Source: Octopus sinensis (taxonomy: Eukaryota). From it: DNA of 46,550 nucleotides. The position numbers and the translations under genes are program-made. Below, in pieces: positions 26,512 through 44,106 of this stretch. Location of the stretch: assembly GCF_006345805.1 (NCBI RefSeq), contig NW_021834589.1:1-46550 (forward strand), given 5' to 3'. Positions within the stretch are counted from its first letter, which is position 1. Every line of letters begins with the position of its first letter. The notes beneath the pieces were generated by a model. The model was given only the letters and a program-made list of their open reading frames with translations. It did no database searches and was not told where the DNA came from.

Positions 26512-28022
26512 CGAGAAGGGGGGGGGAATTACTTACTGGAAAGTTCCGAGGAGGGGAGGAGGGGATTGAATTACTTCCTGGAAAGTTCCGAGGAAGGGGA
26601 GGAATAACGTACTGGAAAGTTACGAGGAGGGTAGAAGTACTTCCTAGAAGGCTCCGAAGAAGGGGGAAGGGAGTGAATTACTTCTTGGAAAGTTCTGTGG
26701 GGTGAGAGGAAAGGACTGAATTACTTCCAGGAAAGTTACGAGGAGGGGAAGCAATTACATCCAAGATGTTCCGAAGAGAGGGAATTACTTCCTGGAAAGT
26801 TCAGATGAAGGGAGGAATTACTTCCTGTAAACTTCCGGTAAGGGGAAATACTTCATGGAATGTTCCGAGGAGTGGGGGAGAGGATTGAATTACTTCCTGG
26901 AAAGTTCCGAAGAGGGGGCGGAATGACTTCCGGGAAAGTCCCGAGAAGTGGGAAGAAATACTTCCTGGAAAGTGCCGAGGAGGGAAGGAATTACTTCTTG
27001 GACTGTTCCGAGGAGGGGAAGGAATCACTTCCTGGAAAGTTCGGAGGAAAAGAGGAATTGCTTTCTGGAAAGTTTCGGGACAGGGAACTATTTTCTAGAA
27101 AGTTCCAAAGAGGGGGAATGATTACCTGGAATTTCCGAGGATATGCTAATGTCTTCCCGGAAAGTTCCAAGGAGGGGAGGAATCGATTCCTAGAAAGGTA
27201 CACTTCCTGGAAATTTCCCAGAAGGAAAGAACTTACTTCCTGGAAAGTTCCGAGGAGGGAACTTCATGGAAAGTTCCGAGGACGGGGACGAGGGGATTTT
27301 ATTACTTCCTGGAATGTTCTGAGGAGGGGGAGGAATGATTTCTTGAAAAGTTCCGAGGAGTTGGTTGAATTTCTTCTTGGAAACATCCGAGGAGGGCATA
27401 AACTACTTCCTGCAAAGTACTGAGGAGGGGGAGGAATAACTTCCTGGAAAGTTTCGAGGAGAGGCGAATTACTTCCTGGAATGTTCCTACGAGGGGGAGG
27501 AATGAGTCCTTGGAAAGCTCCAATGAGTGGGTATTTCTTTATTGCCCACAATAAAGAGGGGAAAACAAGGACAGACAAAGAGATAAAGTGGATTACATCG
27601 ACCCCGAAAGGATGAAAGGCAAAGTCAACCTCGGCGGAAAGTTCCCAGGATGCGTGCTTCCTGGAATGTTCCGATGATGGGTACTACCTGAATTATTTCC
27701 TGGAAGTTCCGAGGATGTAGAGGTGGAGATTGAATTACTTCTTGAAATATTCCGATGTTGGGCTGGAATCACTTCCTAGTAAGTTCCACTTCCTGAACAG
27801 TTCCAAGGAGGGGGAGGAATTACTTCCTGGAAAGTTCCGATGAGAGTGGAATTACTTCCTGGAACGTTCATGGAAGGGGTGGGGGTTTGAATTACTTCCT
27901 GGAAAGTTCCGAGGAGGGGGAGGAACCACTCCCTCGAAAATTCCACTTCCTGGAAAGTCCCGAGGAGGGGGAGGAATTACTTTCTGGAAAGATACGCGAG
28001 GAAGGGAATTACTTCCTGGTAA
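26512..28022. repeat. Minisatellite, ~30-35 bp unit GAATTACTTCCTGGAAAGTTCCGAGGAGGGG(N), roughly 40 diverged units
   Basis: Direct reading; interrupted by a family B SINE fragment at about 27531-27639. Confidence 0.92.
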
Positions 28023-28333
28023 TGTCACAGACCTTAGACAACACTATTATTTTACTAAGATACTTAGGACTGTGAATCGGGCCAGAATTCCGGGTGAATA
28101 GGAGCAAGGACAAAATGACGAGCCACGTATCCAGTCACACCTACACACAGTCTAAGAGGAAAGGTCGAAATACCGGGCAAGCATTGCGTCGGCTATTTAT
28201 TATCATGACACATACTTAGCGTGCACTAGTGTTGAATACGTTACAACAAAGCAGACTATGGTGCAGTGCAATACACTACAGAACAGTATGGTACAGTAAT
28301 CAGGGTATTGCACAGTACAGCACAATATAATAT

Positions 28334-28568
28334 GTATTTCGTTACTACCCACAAGGGGCTAAACACAGAGGGGGACAAACAAGGACAGACAAACGGATTA
28401 AGTCGATTATATCGACCCCAGTGCGTAACTGGTACTTAATTTATCGACCCCGAAAGGATGAAAGGCAAAGTCGACCTCGGCGGAATTTGAACTCAGAACG
28501 TAACGGCAGACGAAATACGGCTACGCATTTCGCCCGGCGTGCTAACGATTCTGCCAGCTCGCCGCCTT
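28334..28568 (-). mobile_element. SINE family B monomer
   Basis: Reverse complement of head plus one body, nearly identical to 13978-14210. Confidence 0.9.
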
Positions 28569-28740
28569 AGTACAATGTAATATGGAAAACTGCAGTAGGT
28601 TACAGAAGAGAATGATAACAAATAGTCAAGCAAAATACAATCAGAATAGAATACAGTGAGATACAAAAGAAGTGCATTAAAATAAAGTACAGTGGGATAC
28701 ACTGAAATACTAGAATACTGTAGAGTTGTACGGCGGAGTA

Positions 28741-28878
28741 TTTTAACGGAGGCGCTTGGCTTAGTGGTTAGGATGTCAGCATCATGATCGTAAGATTGTG
28801 GTTTCGATTTCTGGACCGGGCGACGCGTTGTGTTCTTGAGCCACTCAACTTCATTTCATGTTGCTCCAGTCCACTCAA
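28741..28878 (+). mobile_element. SINE family D 5' half (local duplicate of 29722 onward)
   Basis: Nearly identical to 29722-29850, including about 45 bp of upstream flank. Confidence 0.8.
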
Positions 28879-28885
28879 AGAAGTA

Positions 28886-29488
28886 TTTATTTCTTTATTG
28901 CCCACAAGGGACTAAACATAGAGGGGACAAACAAGGACAGACAAAGAGATAAAGTCGATTATATCGATCCCAGTGCGTAACTGGTACTTATTTAATCGAC
29001 CCCGAAAGGATGAAAGGCAAAGTCAACCTCGCCGGAATTTGAACTCAGAATGTAACGGCAGACGAAATACCTATTTCTTTACTACCCACAAGGGGCTAAA
29101 CACAGAGAGCACAAACAAGGACAGACAAACAGATTAAGTCGATTATATCGACTCCAGTGCGTAACTGGTACTTATTTAATCGACCCCGAAAGGATGAAAG
29201 GCAAAGTCAACCTCGGCGGAATTTGAACTCAGAATGTAACGGCAGACGAAATATCTATTTCTTTACCACCCACAAGGAGCTAAACACAGAGAGGACAAAT
29301 AAGGACAGACAAACGGATTAAGTCGATTATATCGACACCAGTGCGTAACTGGTACTTATTTAATCGACCCCGAAAGGATGGAAGGCAAAGTTAATCTCGG
29401 AGGAATTTGAACTCAGAATGTAATGGCAGACGAAATACTGCTAAGGATTTCGCCTGGCGTGCTAACAATTCTGCCAGCTCGCTGCCCT
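28886..29488 (-). mobile_element. SINE family B trimer (head plus 3 tandem 184-bp bodies)
   Basis: Body boundaries at 29070/29071, 29254/29255 and 29438. Confidence 0.9.
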
Positions 29489-29721
29489 AGGAGAGTAGAG
29501 TCTATTAGAATATAATGTAATTTAGAGCATATAGTATACAGTAGATTACAGTAACTGTACTACTCCATTAGAGTACATAAAATACGGCACTGTATGATAA
29601 GTTAGTGTAGAGTTCAGTGCCAGTGGAATACAGTACAGTATTGTAGGATACTGTAGTACAGTGTACACTGAAATACATTTATAGTAGAATACTGTAGAGT
29701 TGTACGGCGGAGTATTTTAAC

Positions 29722-29970
29722 GGAGGCGCGTAGCTTAGTGGTTAGGATGTCAGCATCATGATCGTAAGATTGTGGTTTCGATTTCTGGACCGGGCGACGC
29801 GTTGTGTTCTTGAGCCGCTCAACTTCATTTCATGTTGCTCCAGTCCACTCAGCTGGCAAAAATGAGTAACGCTGCAATGGACTGGCGTCCCGTCCAGCTG
29901 GGGGAACACATACGCCATAGAAACCGGGAAACCGGGCCCGTGAGCCTGGCTAGGCTTTAAAAGGGCACAT
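29722..29970 (+). mobile_element. SINE family D, full length
   Basis: A-box tagcttagtgg, B-box-like ggtttcgatttc, CORE-like block, V-like gcaatggactggcgtcccgtccagctgggg, then tail. Confidence 0.85.
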
Positions 29971-29989
29971 TTATTTATTATATATCCTA

Positions 29990-30560
29990 GAATACTCCTA
30001 CGGCGGAGTATTTTAACAATACTATATCCTTGAATACTCCTACGGCGGAGTATTTTAACAGTACTATATCCTATAAAACAGTGCAGGCGAAGTAGTAAAA
30101 CGCAGTAAAGTACAGTACCAGAAGAGTTCACTAAAATATAGCACAGTATAGTGGAGTACAAAAGACTTCAGTCTAGTAGAATACAGTACAAAATTAAACA
30201 GTCGAAAAGACGATAATACAGTTCAGTAGAGTACAGCAGTGTGCGCCACAGTACAGTACATGATAGTAAATAAAGAATTATACCGTAGAAATATGACAGA
30301 GTACAGTGCAGAATAGTCCAGTAGAGTACGGTAGAACGTAGTGTAATAGAGTACGGAGCAATAGAGCACATAACGTTGGAGTATAATACAGAAGATCGCT
30401 GTACAATAGAGTATATTGAAACTCAGTTTAGTACAGCAGCGACTGTAAAGTACAACGTTACAGTACAATACAGAAATGTACCTTAATGTAAAGTACACCA
30501 CAGTGGAATACACTGGAGTACAACGTAGTGCGATGAAGTGTAGTGCAGTATAGTGCAGTG
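29990..30560. repeat. Decayed pentanucleotide (TACAG/AGTAG)-like repeat with a ~43-bp duplication
   Basis: agtac/agtag/aatac periodicity; aatactcctacggcggagtattttaaca occurs twice. Confidence 0.7.
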
Positions 30561-30739
30561 GAGAAGAGCAACAGTGATAGCAACAGCAGTGGCTGGTATG
30601 TAGTGCATTGGATGGCTGCTGCAGCTGGTGCACTCTGTTGCAATTCCATGAATGTTGCAGACATGGCAGTTTCTCACCTCAGACATCGTGTAGGCACTAC
30701 TACAGCTGCAGCGACCTACTGCACTTGCTGCACATTAGC

Positions 30740-37445
<6,706 letters not shown>

Positions 37446-37449
37446 GCTA

Positions 37450-38545
37450 ATATAACTGTTTTACGGAGTTCAAATTCCACCGATGTCGACTTTGCCTTTC
37501 ATCCTGTCGGGGTCGATAATACGAATACCAGTAACATACGAAGGTCGATGTAATCATCTTACCCCTCCCTCGAAATTACCGGCCTTGTGCCAAAATTTTA
37601 AATCGATATAACTGCTACAGGGTTCAAATTCCATCCACGGTCCACTTTGCCTGTCATCCTTTCGGGGTCGATAATTCGAATACCAGTAACATATGAGGGT
37701 CGATGTAATCATCTTAGCCCCTCCCTCCAAATTACCGGCCCTGTGTCAAAATTTTAAATCGATATAACTGCTACGGGGTTCAAATTCCATCCACGGTCCA
37801 CTTTGCCTGTCACCCTTTCGGGGATTGATAAAATGTGTACCAGTAAAATACGAGGGTCGATTTTATCGTCTTAACCCCTCCCTCGAAATTGCCGGCCTTG
37901 TGCCAAAATTTGAAATCGATATAACTGCTATCGGGTTCAAATCCCGTCCACGATCGACTTTGCCTGTCATCCTTTCGGAGGTCGATAAAATATGTACCAG
38001 TAAAATACGAGGGGTCGATTTAATCGTCTTAACCCTTCCCTTGAAATTACCGGCCTTGGACCAAAATTTTAAATCGATATAACTGCTATCGGGTTCAAAT
38101 CCCGTCCACGATCGACTTTGCCTGTCATCCTTTCGGGGGTCGATAAAATATGTACCAGTAAAATACGAGGGGTCGATTTAATCGTCTTAACCCCTCCCTT
38201 GAAATTACCGGCCTTGGACCAAAATTTTAAATCGATATAACTGCTATCCTGTTCAAATCCCGTCCACGATCGACTTTGCCTTTCATCCTTTCGGGGGTCG
38301 ATAAAATATGTACCAGTAAAATACGAGGGGTCGATTTCATCGTCTTAACCCCTCCCTTGAAATTACCGGCCTTGGACCAAAATTTTAAATCGATATAACT
38401 GCTACCGGGTTCAAATTCCGTCCACGGTCCACTTTGCCTTTCATCCTTTCGGAGGTCGATAAAATAAATACCAGTAAAATACGGGGGTCATTTCATCATC
38501 TTAACCCCTCCCTCCCTCGAAATTGCTGGCCTTGTGCCGAAATAA
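37450..38545 (+). repeat. Tandem array of seven ~157-bp units derived from a family B-like SINE body
   Basis: Anchor aatcgatataactgc at 37601, 37757, 37914, 38072, 38230 and 38388 (periods 156-158). Each unit has B-box ggttcaaat(t/c)cc and a cactttgcc/gactttgcc..tcatcct..cggggtcgataa core. Confidence 0.92.
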
Positions 38546-38611
38546 AAAAAGCATATAACTGCTAGTGTTGATGCGGTTGTTATTGATGATGATGATGATG
38601 ATGATGAGGAC

Positions 38612-38655
<44 letters not shown>

Positions 38656-39074
38656 CTCTATTGTCGTTGTCGTTGTTGCTACTGCTGCCGTTTCTGCTGT
38701 CTTTTGATGTTAATGGTGCGGCTGCTATTGTTGCTGTTGTTGCTGCTGCTACTGCTGCTGCTGTTCTTGCTATTGTTGTTGCTAGTGCTGCTGTTGTGCA
38801 TAGTTTAAATATCGAGGTGAAGTGTTGTTTGCTTCTTCTGTAAATGAGGTCACCAGCAGAAAACAAACAAGAGCGACTCTTAAACCTGGTTGCAGCGACC
38901 AGCTAGAAATAGCAGTCCGAAACTGCTTCTTATAAACTGCAGCGTCTCGTCTTCTCACCGAAGACAATGGATTCTGTTACTCAAGGTAGAGACTATGCTT
39001 GGAATGTGGTGATAGCATGAATGCCTTGGTCATTGGTCCTCGGAAAAACAAAAGAAAAAAAGGAGAAAAAGATA

Positions 39075-39245
39075 ACGCACCGGCGTGGCTGTGTGGTAAA
39101 TAGTCTGCTTCCCAACCACATAGTTCCGGTTTCAGTCCCATTGCGGGGCATCTTGGGCAACTATCTTCTACTATAAGCTTCGAGCAGCCCAAAGCCTTGT
39201 GCATGGATTTGGTAGATGGAAGCCGATAGAAACCCGTCGTATGTG
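39075..39245 (+). mobile_element. SINE family A 5' half
   Basis: gcgtggctgtgtggtaaatagtctgcttcccaaccacatagttccgg...ggatttggtagatggaagc. Confidence 0.85.
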
Positions 39246-39297
39246 TATATATACGTATACATACATACATACATACATACATACATACATACATACA

Positions 39298-39329
<32 letters not shown>

Positions 39330-39355
39330 CATACACACACACGCACAAACACACA

Positions 39356-39409
<54 letters not shown>

Positions 39410-39410
39410 A

Positions 39411-39646
39411 TACAGTTCTATATTTAAGAGATGAGGAATTATGTACATTATTTACATTATTTATATTTGAAGGATATTTGTCCTCATCTTGTTTGTTGTT
39501 AACACAACGTTTCGGCTGATATACCTTCCAGCCTTCATCAGGTGTCTTGGGAAAATTTCGAACCTGGGCTTTCATTCTTCTTCTTCAGGTCACTGCTTGG
39601 AATCGAACTCGGAAACTTGGGGTTAGTTGCCCGCGCTCTTAACCAT
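39411..39646 (-). mobile_element. Composite element copy 1: 5'-clipped tRNA-like head plus Penelope-type tail with hammerhead
   Basis: Inverted homolog of 39664-40095; lacks the long (AAT)n linker. Confidence 0.8.
39501..39546 (-). ncRNA. Minimal type I hammerhead ribozyme motif (PLE-type)
   Basis: GACAC-CUGAUGA-A-GGCUG(gaagguauau)CAGCC-GAAA-CG-UU^GUGUU. Complete core, stem I 5 bp, stem II 5 bp, palindromic ACGU stem III. Confidence 0.75.
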
Positions 39647-39663
39647 TTTGCCTTGCCCAAGGT

Positions 39664-39736
39664 CATATAGCGTAGTGGTTAAGAGCACGGGTTGCTAACC
39701 CCAAGATTCCGAGTTCGATTCCAAGCAGTGACCTAC

Positions 39737-39794
<58 letters not shown>

Positions 39795-39827
39795 CAACAA
39801 CAGCAACAACAATAATAATAATAATAT

Positions 39828-39860
<33 letters not shown>

Positions 39861-39897
39861 TAATAATATTAATAATAATAATGACAACAACAACAAC

Positions 39898-39962
<65 letters not shown>

Positions 39963-40095
39963 CTTAGGAATGAGAATCCAGGTTCGAAATTTCCCCAACA
40001 CACCTGATGAAGGGCTAGAGGGTACATCAGCCGAAACGTTGTGTTAACAACAAACAAGATGAGGACAAATATCCGTCAAATGTAAATAATGTAAA
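39664..40095 (+). mobile_element. Composite element copy 2: tRNA(Ser GCU)-like Pol III head, ~225-bp (AAT)n, Penelope-type tail with hammerhead
   Basis: A-box tagcgtagtgg 39668-39678; anticodon-like loop ggg-ttgctaa-ccc; B-box gttcgattc 39713-39721; hammerhead at 40000-40044. Confidence 0.8.
40000..40044 (+). ncRNA. Minimal type I hammerhead ribozyme motif (PLE-type)
   Basis: ACAC-CUGAUGA-AG-GGCU(agaggguacauc)AGCC-GAAA-CG-UU^GUGU; predicted cut after 40040. Confidence 0.7.
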
Positions 40096-40285
40096 TTTGT
40101 CCCTCACCACCGCTTGATAACCGGTGCTGGTATGTTTACGTCCCTGTCATTTAGCAAGAAAAAAAAAAAAAAATATATATAAGTAAGTACTGGGATCGAT
40201 TTATTCGACCATAAATTCTCGAAGTCGGTGCCCTAGCATGGCCGCAGTCTAATGGCTGTAACAAGTAGATAGGTAAGAGGTAAAA
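40096..40285 (+). mobile_element. SINE family A 3' half
   Basis: gtccctcaccaccgcttgataaccggtgctgg...cggtgccctagcatggccgcagtc. Confidence 0.8.
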
Positions 40286-40289
40286 ATGT

Positions 40290-40795
40290 AAGAACAACCA
40301 CGACAACATCAACAATAACATCAACAACCACAACATCAACAACAACAACCACAACAATAACCACAACAACCGCAACAACAACAACCACAGCATCAGCGAC
40401 AACAGTCACAACAACAACTACAACAACAATAGCAACAACCATAACAATAACCACAACAACCGCAACAACCACAACCACAACCACCACAACAACAACAACA
40501 ACCACCACAACAACAACAATCACCACAACCACAACAATAACCACAACAACAGCAACAACAACAACTACAAGAACATCAACAACCACCACAACAACAACCA
40601 CAACAACAACTACAACAACAATAGCAACAACCATAACAATAACCACAACAACCGCAACAACAACAACCACAAGAACATCAACAACCGCAGCATCAACGAC
40701 AACAACCACAACCACAACAACATCAACAACAGCCACAACAACAACAACAGCAAAAGTCATAAACCAACAGCGAAAGTAATAACAACAACAAGATT
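40290..40795. repeat. (AAC)n-based cryptic array with higher-order duplications
   Basis: Direct reading. Confidence 0.9.
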
Positions 40796-40843
40796 ATCGA
40801 TCGCAATGGCAGAAACATCAATAAAAAATAAGTTAAAAAACCG

Positions 40844-41478
40844 ACACTCCGTCGGTTACGACGACGAGCTGTACCGGTTGATCCGATCAACGGGACAGCC
40901 TGCTCGTGAAATTAACGTGCAAGTGGCTGAGCACCCCTCAGACACGCGTAGCCCTTAACGTAGTTCTCAGAGAAATTCAGCGTGACACGGAGTATAACAA
41001 AGCTGGCTCTTTTGAATTACTGATATACAGCTGTGTGTGAACTGGAGCAAGGTGAAGCAAAGTGTCTTGCTCAAGGGACACAACGCGCAGCATAGGATCG
41101 AACTCGCGAGCATAGGATCGTGAGCTGGATAGCCCTAAACACTAAGCCACGGAGTGTAACAAAGCTGGCTCTTTTGAATTACTGGTACAGCTGTGTATGA
41201 ACTGGAGCAAGGTGAAGCAAAGTGTCTTGCTCAAGGACACAACGCGCAGCATAGGATCGAACTCGCGCAGCATAGGATCGTGAGCTGGATAGCCCTAAAC
41301 ACTAAGCCACGGAGTGTAACAAAGCTGGCTCTCTTGAATTACTGGTACAGCTGTGTGAACTGGAGCAAGGTGAAGCAAAGTGTCTTGCTCAAGGGACACA
41401 ACGCTCAGCATAGGATCGAACTCGCGAGCATAGGATCGTGAGCTGGATAGCCCTAAACACTAAGCCACGCGCCTTCAC
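40844..41478 (-). mobile_element. SINE family C with triplicated ~160-bp head/CORE segment
   Basis: Unit starts cacgg at 40986, 41148 and 41308; ends 41468; single 3' domain at 40844-40985. Confidence 0.9.
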
Positions 41479-41845
41479 TACAACGATAACAAAAAATAGC
41501 GATGACAACGACAACAACAATAACAACAACAACAACAACAACAACGGCGATAACTGCAACAAGAACAGTAAATACAAAATAAACCACAACAGCAGCAGCA
41601 ACAACATCAGCAATAATAAAGAATAGCAACAGAAGCAACGACAGTAGCATCACTACCAGCCAACCAGCCATCACCACTACCACCGCCGCCATCGACCATC
41701 ACCACCACCACCGTCGCTGCCGCTGCCACCAGCCTAACCGCCGCCGCCGCCACCACTACCCCGCCACCACCATCATCAGCATCAACGGCAACAATTACCA
41801 ACGACATCAACAACCATGATATCAATAACCAACAACAGCTACGGC

Positions 41846-41851
41846 AAGAAC

Positions 41852-41917
<66 letters not shown>

Positions 41918-42182
41918 GAGGGGAGAGAGAGGGAGATAGGAGAGAAACAGAGAGAGAGAGAAGAGGGAGACAGAGAGAGAGGGATAGAAACAGAGAGAGG
42001 GAAAGAGAGGGAAAGAAACAGAGAGAGAGAGGGAGAGAGAAACAGAGAGAGGGAGAGATAAACAGGGAGAGAGAGGGAGAGAGAAACAGAGAGAGAGAGG
42101 GGGAGAGACAGAGAGAGAGGGAGAGAGAGAGGGAGAGAAAGAGGGAGAGAAAGAGAGAGAGAGAAAGAGAGAGAGAAAGAGG
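41846..42182. repeat. Polypurine (GA)n-rich tract
   Basis: Direct reading. Confidence 0.93.
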
Positions 42183-42409
42183 GAACTACGTTGTGTAAGA
42201 AACGACAGAAAGAATTGACAGGGATTGCTGACCAAGGAGTTGAAAGGTCAACAGTTCAGCCCGTATCGTGTCATCTGTAGCGTTAAACTGTCACGTGAAC
42301 CGGAAGTTAGTTTAAGCTCAGCTCTTCCTGTGGTGTTTTAGAGAAACCCTATCAAGCGACCCAGTCCTTTTGAACCGCCTTCCTGTTACATCTGCGTTCT
42401 GAGTGTTGC

Positions 42410-43290
42410 TGTTGCTGTTGCTGCTGTTGATGATGTTGTTGCCGTGGTCCAGGTAATGGTTGTGGTCGTTGTCATCGTTGTCGTAATCGTGGTGGTGGTG
42501 GTGGTGGTGGTGGTGTCCATGGTCATAGTCTTTCTAATCATCGTCTTAATCGCTGTAGACGTCGCCATTGTAGTCTTCGTGCTCATCGTAATTGTAGTCG
42601 TAGTCGTAGTCGGTGTTTTCGTGTCGTCGTGTCATCTGTGGTCGTTGTCTTTGCCTTCCCCAACGTCCTCACCGCCGTCATCGCCGTCGTGTTAACCGTC
42701 GTGTTCGCCGTCGTCCTCACCATCGACATCAACAACGTCTTCGCTATCGTCCTCACTATAGTCTTCGCTGCCGTCTTTGCCGCCGTCTTCGCCGTCGTGT
42801 TCGCCGTCGTGTTCGCCGTTGTCTTTGCCGTCGTGTTCGGCATCCTCTTCGCCGCCGTCGTCGAGTTCTCCGCCGTCGTGTTCGCCGTCGTATTCGCCGT
42901 CATGTTCACCGTCGTGACCGTCGTCGTTTTCGCGTCGTCCTCGCCGCTGTCTTTGCCGTCGTCTTCGCCGTCGTCTTCGCCGTCGTCTTCGCCGTCGTCT
43001 TCGCCGTCGTCTTCGCCGTCGTCTTCGCCGTCGTCTTCGGCGTCGTTTTCGCCGCCGTCGTCACCATCGCGGCCGTAGTTACTGATGTCGTCATCGTCGT
43101 CGTCGTTATTGTCCTTTTCGTTGTCCTCGTCATCATCGTCATCGTCTTTGCCGACGTCTTCATCACCGTTAATATCGTCGTCGTCATCGCCGTCAACATC
43201 ATCATCGTTAACGCCGTCGTGCTCGTCGTCTTTGTCGTCACCATCCTCGTCATCATAGTTGTCATCGTCGTTGTGGTTGCTGCTTTTTAA
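42410..43290. repeat. CpG-rich (GTC/GCC)n-derived array with a 12-bp unit GCCGTCGTCTTC
   Basis: Direct reading; unit repeated tandemly at about 42950-43040. Confidence 0.88.
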
Positions 43291-43304
43291 CCCACTGATC
43301 AAGA

Positions 43305-43470
43305 AAGGAGTGGATGTGTGGTAAGTAGCTTGCTTATCAACCACACGGTTCTGGGTTCATTCCCACTGCGTGGCACCTTGGGCAAGTGTCTTCTACTACA
43401 GCCTCGCGCTGATCAAAGCCTTGTGAGTAGATTTGGTTGACGGAAACTAAAAAGAAGCCCGTTGTATATA

Positions 43471-43527
<57 letters not shown>

Positions 43528-43752
43528 GTATGTGTGTGTATATGTTTGTGTGTCTGTGTTTATCCCTCCAACATCGCTTGACAACCGATGCTGGTGTGTT
43601 TACGTCCCCGTAACTTAGCGGTTCGGCAAAAGAGACCGATAGAATAAGTACTAGGCATACAAATAATATTCCTAGGGGTGATTTCTTCGACTAAAGGCGG
43701 TGCTCCAGCATGGCCACAGTCAAATGACTGAAACAAGTAAAAGAGTAAAGAG
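43305..43752 (+). mobile_element. SINE family A, full length
   Basis: aggagtggatgtgtggtaagtagc head to gactgaaacaagtaaaagagtaaagag tail. Confidence 0.92.
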
Positions 43753-44021
43753 AGACCAATAGCATTCGATTAAAAAGTGACCAACCCTATCTGATACTAA
43801 GATAACCCACGTGCCCTCCCCGCTTTTTTTAAAGACGGTGGAATACGCTTTGAGGGAAAATTGGCTGCTATTTTTGGCAGGGTTGAGCGATCATCGAGGA
43901 GCTTCTTTGCTGGCTTGTCTGAGATTCTGGTTCTGTCGCAGGCAGCAGCTCCGTGATGGTTGAGAAGTGCCCAGCACTATATTTCACGATAATCTTATCT
44001 GGAACAAGTACCACTACCACA

Positions 44022-44106
<85 letters not shown>

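Noticed and set aside
26860-27423. 187-aa ORF
   Set aside because: It is a translation of the minisatellite.
26512-28022. CRISPR-like repeat/spacer appearance
   Set aside because: Spacers are only a few G-rich bases and not unique, repeats are heavily diverged, there are no cas genes, and the context is eukaryotic.
37825-38082. 85-aa ORF in the 157-bp array
   Set aside because: It is a chance frame across SINE-derived units.
39664-39734. Functional tRNA-Ser(GCT) gene
   Set aside because: It lacks the long variable arm, a well-paired acceptor stem and an oligo-T terminator; it is the head of a repeat.
42221-42305. Plus-strand 84-nt exon GLLTKELKGQQFSPYRVICSVKLSREPE with donor gttagt
   Set aside because: The upstream sequence is purine-rich with no polypyrimidine tract, and no protein is recognised.
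42583-43344. 253-aa acidic (EDDG)n ORF resembling a biomineralisation or acidic protein
   Set aside because: It starts inside a SINE head and consists of (GAC)-derived repeats, with overlapping ORFs in other frames and no signal peptide or splice context.
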